Shown piece after piece: positions 56,060 through 63,850 of a DNA stretch of 64,000 nucleotides. Both the position numbers and the translations under genes were made by a program. Position 1 is the first letter of the stretch. Each line of letters opens with the position of its first letter. The notes under the pieces were generated by a model. It was not told where the DNA came from and did not search any database. It saw only the letters and a program-made list of their open reading frames with translations. The stretch comes from a virus (Duplodnaviria; Caudoviricetes): positions 96,001 to 160,000 of the IMG/VR virus record IMGVR_UViG_3300031088_000782. The stretch is one strand, 5' to 3'.

Positions 56060-56132
56060 GGCTCTGTAGCTCAGTTGGGAGAGCATTCGATTGAAGATCG
56101 AAGGGTCAGCGGTTCAATCCCGCTCGGAGCCA
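56060..56132 (+). tRNA. trnF: tRNA-Phe(GAA)
   Basis: TT-GAA-GA. Confidence 0.95.
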
Positions 56133-56168
56133 CTTATACGCCTTTATAAGCGTATAAACATAAGATAT

Positions 56169-56243
56169 GGACCTATGGAGCAGTCTGGAGTGCTCGTTGC
56201 CCTGTCACGGCAAAGGTCGCGGGTTCAAGTCCCGTTAGGTCCG
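56169..56243 (+). tRNA. trnD: tRNA-Asp(GTC)
   Basis: CT-GTC-AC; G73. Confidence 0.95.
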
Positions 56244-56298
56244 CTGTGTTTAGTAGTTCGAAACGCTGAATACAAATGTTGATATATCACATTTATGC

Positions 56299-56374
56299 GG
56301 CTGTATAGCATAGCCTGGTCTAATGCGCCTTGCTCATAACGAGGAGATCGTTGGTTCGAATCCAACTACAGCTA
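56299..56374 (+). tRNA. tRNA with CAT anticodon (elongator Met or Ile2)
   Basis: CT-CAT-AA; paired first position. Confidence 0.88.
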
Positions 56375-56432
56375 CAAAAAATATTTAAAAGTTTTGAATA
56401 TTTTTGATACAATAATTTTATTAATAAATTAT

Positions 56433-56503
56433 TGCCCCATAGTGTAATGGCAACACCACGGTTTTTGGTACCGTTATTCTAGGTTCGAGTCCTAGTGGGG
56501 CAG
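56433..56503 (+). tRNA. trnQ: tRNA-Gln(TTG)
   Basis: U1-A72; TT-TTG-GT. Confidence 0.92.
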
Positions 56504-56672
56504 CTTGTTGAAAACAAACATACTTGTCAGTTGAAACACTAACTACAGACTGACAACTTACACTGTGTGGTGACAGTTGGTAAGTTAATTCTATTTAATC
56601 GTAAATCGAAAATAGACGTTAATAGGAATGGGATGTTTCTATGCGATTGAGTGCGTTAAACTTAATCACATT

Positions 56673-56745
56673 GCCACCTTAGCTCATCTGGTAGAGCAGC
56701 TGTCTTGTAAACAGCAGGTGATCGGTTCGAGTCCGATAGGTGGCT
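56673..56745 (+). tRNA. trnT: tRNA-Thr(TGT)
   Basis: CT-TGT-AA. Confidence 0.95.
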
Positions 56746-56964
56746 CTTAAATAGGTCAAATTGCCTTTTGGTAATGAGATTTTTTAAAATATTCTAAGTA
56801 AAGAAAATATTGATGAACTATTCTGAATTACGTAATAAGTTTAGTTCTGATATATGAGTATTTATATGAATTCTGTTGTAGCATAAATACTAATGCGCTG
56901 TTGAAAGGGTATTCAAGTGAAAATCTTGACAACAGATGAAAAAAGGGTTTGCGAAAGCTTCTCC

Positions 56965-57038
56965 TACTGTGTAGTTTAATGGCAAAACACTAGGCTCTTA
57001 AAGCTTAGCATATAAGGTTCGAATCCTAATCACAGTTG
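56965..57038 (+). tRNA. degenerate tRNA with a 9-nt loop CTCTTAAAG
   Basis: Good D arm; CTAGG/CTTAG stem; mismatched T stem. Confidence 0.45.
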
Positions 57039-57045
57039 AAAATAT

Positions 57046-57117
57046 GCCTCTCTAGCTCAGAGGAAGAGCAACGGTCTTTTAAACCGTGGGTCGAGATTTC
57101 GAAATTCTCGGGAGGCA
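57046..57117 (+). tRNA. trnK: tRNA-Lys(TTT)
   Basis: Near-copy of 49404. Confidence 0.9.
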
Positions 57118-57388
57118 CTTTAATTCATAAATTTTTAGCTAATATTTGTGAATTTTGATGTAGATAGTTGATGACTATTGGCATGAGTGAAAAGGTTGTT
57201 CATTATGGAACATTTTGAACGCGGTTCGAGTCCGATTAAGCTCAACACCTAATAACTGGTCTGATTTAATCACGGATAATCTTGGATTAAGCTAACTACA
57301 ATGGAAACATGAGAATGGTAGGATAGCGATGGTAGGTTCAATTCCTACTGGCTTAATGATTAGATGAAAAACTATTTTCGCTTTTAAT

Positions 57389-57461
57389 GCCACCTTAGCT
57401 CAGTCGGCAGAGCAGCTGTTTAGTAATCAGCAGGTCATCAGTTCAATTCTGATAGGTGGCT
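57389..57461 (+). tRNA. trnT: tRNA-Thr(AGT)
   Basis: Thr body GCCACCT/AGGTGGC; TT-AGT-AA. Confidence 0.9.
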
Positions 57462-57542
57462 CTTGTGGATAAATTCATCAACTATTTTTTTGATAATCTA
57501 TTCATAAATTGTAAAACATTATGGATAAAGGAGGATAGAAAT

Positions 57543-58094
57543 ATGAGTATTGATTTTATAAGTGGAAATGTGAATTTAGAAGAAAAATATTTTAAAAATT
57601 ATTCTACAAGCGAAGATACTTATTATGTAATTACAAAAATCCTTTCTTTGAATAATGATGTTAAACTACCTCATCCTGTTAGCAAAAATGAAGATAACTA
57701 TGCTTATACTTTGTCATATCATTACAATGACAAAAAATCTATTCAAGGATTAGTTCGACATGACCCTGATTTAGTTGTATTTGAGTATACCTCTTATGTA
57801 TCTGTAACAGATCCTAAACTATGGACTGATTTCACAGTAACAGGACATGATGTTCTTGTTTCTTTACCTTTCAGAAGTTTGGACGATATTTCACAATTTA
57901 TTATCCAAAATGTTCAACAAGAAAAAACTTTGGATAATCTTATTGGAAATTTTTATGATCATATCAATTCAGTAGAAGTTTTTGATGGATTGTATTCACG
58001 AACATTTTTACCTACTGATAATACACGTCAACTACTTAGAGAAAATGGAACAGTTAGTGAAGTTTCTCATTCTTTTGCTGAAAAAATAAAGTAA
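57543..58094 (+). CDS. hypothetical protein with a GspE/PilT-like RHDPD motif
   Basis: GLVRHDPDLVVFE; no Walker A; RBS gaggatag. Confidence 0.6.
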   Translation: MSIDFISGNVNLEEKYFKNYSTSEDTYYVITKILSLNNDVKLPHPVSKNEDNYAYTLSYHYNDKKSIQGLVRHDPDLVVFEYTSYVSVTDPKLWTDFTVTGHDVLVSLPFRSLDDISQFIIQNVQQEKTLDNLIGNFYDHINSVEVFDGLYSRTFLPTDNTRQLLRENGTVSEVSHSFAEKIK

Positions 58095-58347
58095 TTTTGT
58101 TGAAAGATTGGATAAAAATTATGAAAAAAATATTTGTCTTTATCAATGGATGAAATTGTATCATATGATGATGTTATTGAAGATTATAATTTTTCAAAAG
58201 AAAATGATTATATTGGCTCTTTAGAAGATTTTATTAATGATGAATATGAAGAAGTAGGGGATTAAATTTACCTATATTTAGTAATCTTTCATTCTAAATT
58301 TGATAAAATAACAAAAGGGTATTTTATTATTTGAAAGAATTATTGAT

Positions 58348-59187
58348 ATGAAAATTGACACAACTAGATATGGTTATATTTATCGCATAACAAACTTATT
58401 AGACGGAAAGACCTATATTGGAAAACATAAGATTAAGAAAAATGAAGAGTTTTTTGACTATATGGGATCAGGAAGATTAATTTGTTATGCGATAAATAAA
58501 TATGGAATAGAAAATTTTAAGAAAGAAATTATTTGCTATACAGATTTAGATGATTCTTTATCTATTTTAGAGTATAAATATATTGATATTGAACTTTCAA
58601 ATAATAAGTCAGAATATAATATACAAAGAAGCGAAAGTTCTTTAAAAACTGTTCTTGAAAACCTTGATTTTTCTGATGAAGATTTATTAAAATGGTACTT
58701 TGAAGATGAAATGTCATACAATGATATAGCAATAAAACTTAATTGTTCTATTCCTACTATATATAATTATATGGAAAAGTTTAGACAAATTGATGAAAGA
58801 TTTAAGAATATTAAACATGGTGATAATAGGGGAAAATCTACTTGGTCTCCAGAAGCAGCTCAAAAAGGACTTAGTATTTCTAATAGAAAAATTAAATGTG
58901 AAAATTGTTCTAGACAAATAAGTTTTGCAAATTATTCTAGACATTTAAAAGCATGTTTGAATGGAACGAGCCAACATGAATGTTATTATAATAATTGCGA
59001 ACAATTAATAGGATCAAAAAGCAAATTATGTAAAAAACATTTTTTAGAATCATTAAAAAATAATGATATTAACAATTCTAAAAATTTTGGCGACAGTGTT
59101 AAACAAGGTGGAATTACAGCATCTCATAATAGATGGCATGTTAAAAGAAATATAGTTAGTGATAAATGTTCTTTATGTAAAAGTTGA
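58348..59187 (+). CDS. GIY-YIG (Seg-like) homing endonuclease
   Basis: GYIYRITNLLDGKTYIGKH..YMGSG..YGIENF..EYN; HTH; C-terminal Cys pairs. Confidence 0.88.
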   Translation: MKIDTTRYGYIYRITNLLDGKTYIGKHKIKKNEEFFDYMGSGRLICYAINKYGIENFKKEIICYTDLDDSLSILEYKYIDIELSNNKSEYNIQRSESSLKTVLENLDFSDEDLLKWYFEDEMSYNDIAIKLNCSIPTIYNYMEKFRQIDERFKNIKHGDNRGKSTWSPEAAQKGLSISNRKIKCENCSRQISFANYSRHLKACLNGTSQHECYYNNCEQLIGSKSKLCKKHFLESLKNNDINNSKNFGDSVKQGGITASHNRWHVKRNIVSDKCSLCKS

Positions 59188-59332
59188 CAACTGAATATTG
59201 ATTATGATATAATTAATTTGTTGTTAAAAAATGAATAAAATAAAATTTTGTTAAAGATTTTAATTATTGTCATAAATAAAGTTGCATAAGCGATTTAAGT
59301 GTGATATAGTTTAAATTGTAAAACAAAAGCAA

Positions 59333-59409
59333 GCCTCTGTAGCTCAGTTTGGTTTCAGAGCATCCGGCTCTTAACCGGAGGGTCGTGGGTTCGAATCCCA
59401 CCGGGGGCA
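59333..59409 (+). tRNA. trnK: tRNA-Lys(CTT)
   Basis: CT-CTT-AA. Confidence 0.93.
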
Positions 59410-59450
59410 CTTTATTAAATTAAGAAATTTAATAAAAGTTACGAAATGAT

Positions 59451-59519
59451 TTGACAAGTTTGAAAAAATTTGTTAAGATTGTCAAAGTAACACAGCGGAT
59501 TGAAAAATTAATAGTGGAA
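59451..59519 (+). promoter_or_regulatory. sigma-A promoter + boxA-like leader
   Basis: TTGACA-17-TAAGAT; 31-nt motif 30/31 identical to 53374. Confidence 0.75.
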
Positions 59520-59526
59520 CATATAT

Positions 59527-59606
59527 GGCGGGTTCGCATAGCGGCAATTGCGGCTGACTGTAAATCAGCTCCTTCGGGTTCGTGGGTTCGAGTCCCTCAC
59601 TCGCCA
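59527..59606 (+). tRNA. trnY: tRNA-Tyr(GTA)
   Basis: CT-GTA-AA; variable arm. Confidence 0.93.
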
Positions 59607-59654
59607 CAAGGTTCGTTAGATGAAAAACACCAGCATTGTCAAAATCTAACATTT

Positions 59655-59727
59655 TCTCTTATAGCTCAATTGGCAGAGCATTCGACTGTTAATCGAATGG
59701 TTCCTGGTTCGAGTCCAGGTGGGAGAG
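59655..59727 (+). tRNA. trnN: tRNA-Asn(GTT)
   Basis: CT-GTT-AA. Confidence 0.95.
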
Positions 59728-60410
59728 CTTGAATATTTGTTTGACTGGAGTGATAAAACCAAAAGGTTAAGGCAGATAAAATATTCAAAGGTTAATGAAA
59801 TATTTGAAACTTTTATGAAATGGTTATTCAATAAAGTTCCTAAAATGGATAAAACTATTAGGGTTCGATTCCCTTTCTCAACGTTTAACCAACAACGAGG
59901 CTGGTGCTAGTTTGAAGAAAATATTTTATTAATTTTTTCCTGAGACAGCATTGGAAACCAAAAGGCTTTGCGCAAGTCTGGCGGATTGGGTTCGAAACCC
60001 AACTAGGAAGCTGGAGTAAGTCACACGGCTAGTGACAGCTATAGACCGTATGGATATAGTCAAGATCGCAACTTGAGAGGTTCGACTCCTCGCTCCTTAT
60101 TTTTAAAAACATTTTCGCAAGATAGATAAATTTCTCGTATCGGCAAAATATGTAAGTAATCAACATTGAGTCTCGAATGAAAATGAGCGGAAACTTTTCA
60201 ACCTACAATCGAACAAAAGGTTGATGGAGATTGTTAGTTTAATTGAAAAACAGTTCTTTAATGATTTGGCAAAAGTCACTTTATTAAAGAAAAGACGAGA
60301 ATATCATAATTTCTCACAATTACGGTTCTTGAAAAAGAATTAAAAATATTTGCGAAACAATTTGACATTGAGAAAATTTTTTGGTAAGATTATTGTTGTA
60401 ACAAGGAAAT

Positions 60411-60482
60411 GCCCCTCTAGCTCAGAGGCAGAGCAACGGTCTTTTAAACCGTGGGTCGAGATTTCGAAATTCTCGGGGGGCA
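60411..60482 (+). tRNA. trnK: tRNA-Lys(TTT)
   Basis: Identical to 49404. Confidence 0.9.
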
Positions 60483-60551
60483 CAAGTATTCTACAATTTG
60501 ACAAACAATTGTGAAATATGGTAGAATATGATTAAAGAAAAGTTAATATAT

Positions 60552-60633
60552 GCCCTTGTGGTGGAATTGGTAGACACGCTTGACTCAAAATCAAGTTTCG
60601 CAAGAAGTGTGGGTTCAAGTCCCACCGGGGGCA
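60552..60633 (+). tRNA. trnL: tRNA-Leu(CAA)
   Basis: CT-CAA-AA; variable arm. Confidence 0.93.
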
Positions 60634-60753
60634 CCGTTCTTTTGTGGTGACGAATGGAAGTTTTAAGAAAGTGCAAAATTTTTAAAACACACTACACGAA
60701 CCAAAATTCTTTTCAAAGGAATTGCACTCTTGCGATTATGAATGTTTGGATAT

Positions 60754-60826
60754 TCCTCCGTAGCTCAGTTGGCAGAGCATTCGACTGTTAATCGAAGGGT
60801 CGCTGGTTCAAGCCCAGCCGGGGGAG
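60754..60826 (+). tRNA. trnN: tRNA-Asn(GTT)
   Basis: CT-GTT-AA. Confidence 0.95.
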
Positions 60827-61021
60827 CGCAATATTTTATCAAATATTTCAGAAAATTATTTGATAAAATATTACAATAAGAGACAAAAGTTCCTTTCACC
60901 ATTAGGAACTTTTGGTTCAGATACGAAAAATCTGAATTAATGGAATGGTGATCAATATGGACTAACCACCATATTTAAAATCTTTGCTAATGACTTTGGT
61001 TAAGATATTAGCAAAGAACAT

Positions 61022-61094
61022 GCGCCTATAGCTCAGTTGGTAGAGCGCCTTCTTTACGCGGAGGATGTCAAAGGTTCGATTCCTTTTGGGCGCA
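61022..61094 (+). tRNA. trnV: tRNA-Val(TAC)
   Basis: TT-TAC-GC. Confidence 0.92.
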
Positions 61095-61104
61095 CAACTT
61101 GAAA

Positions 61105-61146
61105 GTGAGTTCGATACTCACCGTATGGATAATAACCCACCATACG
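61105..61146 (+). ncRNA. permuted tRNA-like core P4
   Basis: Perfect T arm GTGAG/CTCAC, then 7-bp CGTATGG/CCATACG closed by an 11-nt loop. Confidence 0.55.
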
Positions 61147-61246
61147 AATAAGGATATTGAGTAGAGTTTACTTGTGGTAACGGTTCGATTCCGTTGTAAT
61201 AGTCTGGGTGGCTTTATCATAAATGGTATGAACATGAGTAATTTTG

Positions 61247-61319
61247 TTTGCTGTAACTCAGTTGGCAGAGTGCCCGGTTGAAAATCGGGAAGTCAATGGT
61301 TCGATTCCATTCAGCAACG
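61247..61319 (+). tRNA. tRNA-Phe(GAA), atypical (1-72 mismatch, G73)
   Basis: TT-GAA-AA; full cloverleaf. Confidence 0.78.
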
Positions 61320-61484
61320 CTTTTGCGACAAAATTACACAAACTGAAAATTTGGTAATCGTTCTGGCTTGCTTTCACGCAGGTTCAGAACTTGGCAAAAC
61401 GGGCTGTGACCGCCTAGAATGATTTATGTATGGGATTATTCATTAATCATTAAAAAGTTCGCTTATGAATCCCCATAGGCGTTT

Positions 61485-61555
61485 GCAAGTGTAGTTTATT
61501 GGTAAAACACCTGCGCTCCAGCAGGAAAAGTAAGTTCGATTCTTACCGCTTTGCT
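61485..61555 (+). tRNA. Gly-like tRNA with a 6-nt anticodon loop
   Basis: CCTGC-GCTCCA-GCAGG; extra nucleotide in acceptor; U73. Confidence 0.5.
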
Positions 61556-61757
61556 CTTATAGTCTGAAACACACTATAATCCACAAGTGTTTAAAAATTT
61601 GAAGAAAGTTCGCCACTTGAAGCGAAATGAGCTATCCGTCATAAAGGTAGCAACCAGCAAACGGTTTTCAAATTATTCAAAGTTTGTAGTAACAGCTTGG
61701 ATAAACTGTTGCGGAATCTTTTGTAGCATTAGATTTACTAAACAAATGCTACTGTAA

Positions 61758-61830
61758 GTGGTAGTGGCCTAATTGGTAAGGCATCTCGTTGCCAACGAGA
61801 GGATTGCGGGTTCAAGTCCCGTCTGCCGCA
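61758..61830 (+). tRNA. trnG: tRNA-Gly(GCC) with A73
   Basis: TT-GCC-AA. Confidence 0.88.
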
Positions 61831-61878
61831 CAAAACAGTGAAGTAGAGACATCTATGTTTCTGTTTTAGAATAAATTG

Positions 61879-62039
61879 AAGAATAGTGATCCATGTTGGT
61901 AGAGATAGGGCACTAATGACCTAAGTTTTGTATAAGATGTTATTCAAAATATGGCGTGAATGTCCTAAAAGATGTAAAATAAAATGAAAAGATTATGGAT
62001 GCAGTCTTATACACGCAGGTTCGATTCCTGTTATTCTTT
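61879..62039 (+). ncRNA. 161-nt elongated tRNA-like RNA
   Basis: AAGAATA/TATTCTT acceptor, T arm, 10-bp internal stem. Confidence 0.5.
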
Positions 62040-62048
62040 AATTATTTT

Positions 62049-62133
62049 GGAAGTGTGGCTGAGCGGCTTAAGGCACTCGCTTGGAAAGCGAGCATAGGTA
62101 ACACTATCGCAGGTTCAAATCCTGTCACTTCCG
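62049..62133 (+). tRNA. trnS: tRNA-Ser(GGA)
   Basis: TT-GGA-AA; variable arm; G73. Confidence 0.94.
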
Positions 62134-62183
62134 CGTTTATGAATATTTAAAATAATATTATTGAATATTTTCATAAATAATAT

Positions 62184-62257
62184 GGGGATGTTGCATAATG
62201 GTAGTGCCTCTGCCTTCCAAGCAGACGGTGCGGGTTCGATTCCCGTCATCCCCTCCA
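62184..62257 (+). tRNA. trnG: tRNA-Gly(TCC) with encoded CCA
   Basis: CT-TCC-AA; U73-CCA. Confidence 0.94.
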
Positions 62258-62406
62258 GGGACGCGTGAACATTAAATTAAGTCCAAGTTGCGATGGATAC
62301 TGGTTTAGTGCTGTTACACTAATATTTTAGACCGCTAATCTAAAATTCGAAATTCAGGACAGAAATGTTGCTGATACTTGGGATTCGATACCCAAGCGTT
62401 CCACCA
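62258..62406 (+). ncRNA. 149-nt tRNA-like RNA with Ala identity and encoded CCA
   Basis: GGGACGC/GCGTTCC (G3.U70), A73-CCA, T arm TTGGG/CCCAA. Confidence 0.65.
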
Positions 62407-62468
62407 ATTTAAAACAATGAAATAATATTGTTAAAATTCTTGTTCATACATTTTACAAGAACAAATAT

Positions 62469-62541
62469 GGGGGTTTAGCTCATCCGGTAGAGCATCTGCT
62501 TTGCAAGCAGAAGGTGAGGGGTTCAAGTCCCCTAACCTCCA
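62469..62541 (+). tRNA. trnA: tRNA-Ala(TGC)
   Basis: G3.U70; TT-TGC-AA. Confidence 0.95.
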
Positions 62542-62542
62542 C

Positions 62543-62617
62543 AGCTGTGTAGAGAAGTTCGGTTATCTCGTCAGGTTCATATCCTGAAGATCGTGGGTTC
62601 AAATCCCACTCTAACCA
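62543..62617 (+). pseudogene. tRNA-Met(CAT) copy with a disrupted acceptor stem
   Basis: Body identical to 51042; acceptor AGCTGTG/TCTAACC has 3 mismatches. Confidence 0.7.
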
Positions 62618-62645
62618 CGATTGTCAAAAAATATTGAAAAATAAT

Positions 62646-62793
62646 TTGACAATAATTATTAATTATGCTAAGATTAACTTGTTAAATCAAATTGAGGACT
62701 TATCAAGAAGATAACGAGATTATAGATTTGACAAGCGTTAAAAAATAGTTTATAATTAATAATATAAAGCGGTTTGGAAACTTAATAGTGGAA
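62646..62793 (+). promoter_or_regulatory. tandem P1/P2 promoters with a conserved spacer motif and boxA-like leader
   Basis: TTGACA-17-TAAGAT; TTGAGGACTT motif; TTGACA-17-TATAAT; GCGGTTTGGAAACTTAATAGTGGAA. Confidence 0.7.
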
Positions 62794-62800
62794 AATATAT

Positions 62801-62874
62801 AGGAGTGTAGCTCAGTTGGTTAGAGCGTTTCGCTGATAACGAAAAGGTCATGAGTTCAAGTCTCATCATTCCTA
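62801..62874 (+). tRNA. trnI: tRNA-Ile(GAT)
   Basis: CT-GAT-AA. Confidence 0.95.
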
Positions 62875-62928
62875 CGCAAAGCGGTTGTAAGTGACGCGGG
62901 TGCAATGTGTGCGGCGGAACTTTCGTAT

Positions 62929-63010
62929 GGCTCCTTGGCGAAATTGGTAGACGCGCCAGATTTAGGTTCTGGTATCTTAGGATGTGCGGGTTCAAATCCC
63001 GTGGGGGCTA
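62929..63010 (+). tRNA. trnL: tRNA-Leu(TAG)
   Basis: TT-TAG-GT; variable arm. Confidence 0.93.
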
Positions 63011-63204
63011 CGAAAAATGTTTGTTAAATAAATAAAGCTGGTTTTCTTGTTTTTAAATCAGTGAAAGATTTAACAAAGAAACCTTAGCGGGTGAATTTTT
63101 CCAAGAGGAAACAAGTGAGGAAAAGCATTTTTTATTATATATTAAATAATAACTAAGTTTAATATATGTTAAATTTTCAGTAATTTTTAAAATTATTGAA
63201 AAAT

Positions 63205-63277
63205 GGCTCTGTAGCTCAGTTGGAAGAGCATTCGATTGAAGATCGAAGGGTCGACGGATCGAAACCGTCCGGAGCCA
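63205..63277 (+). tRNA. trnF: tRNA-Phe(GAA)
   Basis: TT-GAA-GA; T loop ATCGAAA. Confidence 0.93.
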
Positions 63278-63430
63278 CGGTGTGAGCAGATTGCAGTCTG
63301 ACTTAACACAAGAAAAAGAACATATCTCTTTCTCACACTAGAGGTTCTTTTTCGCTATCTTTCCTATCGACACTGCAATGTTGGTATAGTTATTTTATTG
63401 AATAAACTTGGGGAAAGGGTTTATTCTTAT

Positions 63431-63504
63431 GCCCCATTGGAGTAGCGGTTTATCTCGTCTCCCTCTCACGGAGAAGAACACCAGTTCGAATCTGGTATGG
63501 GGTG
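63431..63504 (+). tRNA. trnE: tRNA-Glu(CTC)
   Basis: CT-CTC-AC; G73. Confidence 0.93.
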
Positions 63505-63745
63505 CTTTTGTTCAAAGCGTAGTGTAAAGCAAGGAAGGTCCAATCGGACTGGAATGGGAACAGAGTTCTTGGAAGCACACTCAGTTATGGTTGAGAAGGC
63601 TTGTGTTAGTTGGTTGCACGCGAGTAAGCTTTGAACAGATATTATTGAATAAAGGTTGAAGCCAGCTAATAAAGCGGTTCTTTATATAAGATAAAGAATG
63701 AACGGTCTCACTGACAGATACCTATGGAAAGTCTGTCATCCTTAT

Positions 63746-63818
63746 GCCACCTTAGCTCATCAGGTAGAGCAGCGATTTTGTAAGTCGCAGGTGATCGGTT
63801 CGAGTCCGATAGGTGGCT
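63746..63818 (+). tRNA. trnT: tRNA-Thr(TGT)
   Basis: TT-TGT-AA. Confidence 0.94.
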
Positions 63819-63850
63819 CAAATTAGTTTAAAAAATATTTGAATAATGAT

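Noticed and set aside
55685-61925. Stop-codon recoding suggested by TTA/CTA-like loops in degenerate tRNAs
   Set aside because: Conserved genes end at TAA, TGA and TAG at expected lengths with no in-frame stops, and the loops are non-canonical.
63530-63740. RNase P RNA (AGGAAGGTCC resembles GAGGAAAGUCC)
   Set aside because: The matching 3' P4 strand and other conserved regions could not be found.
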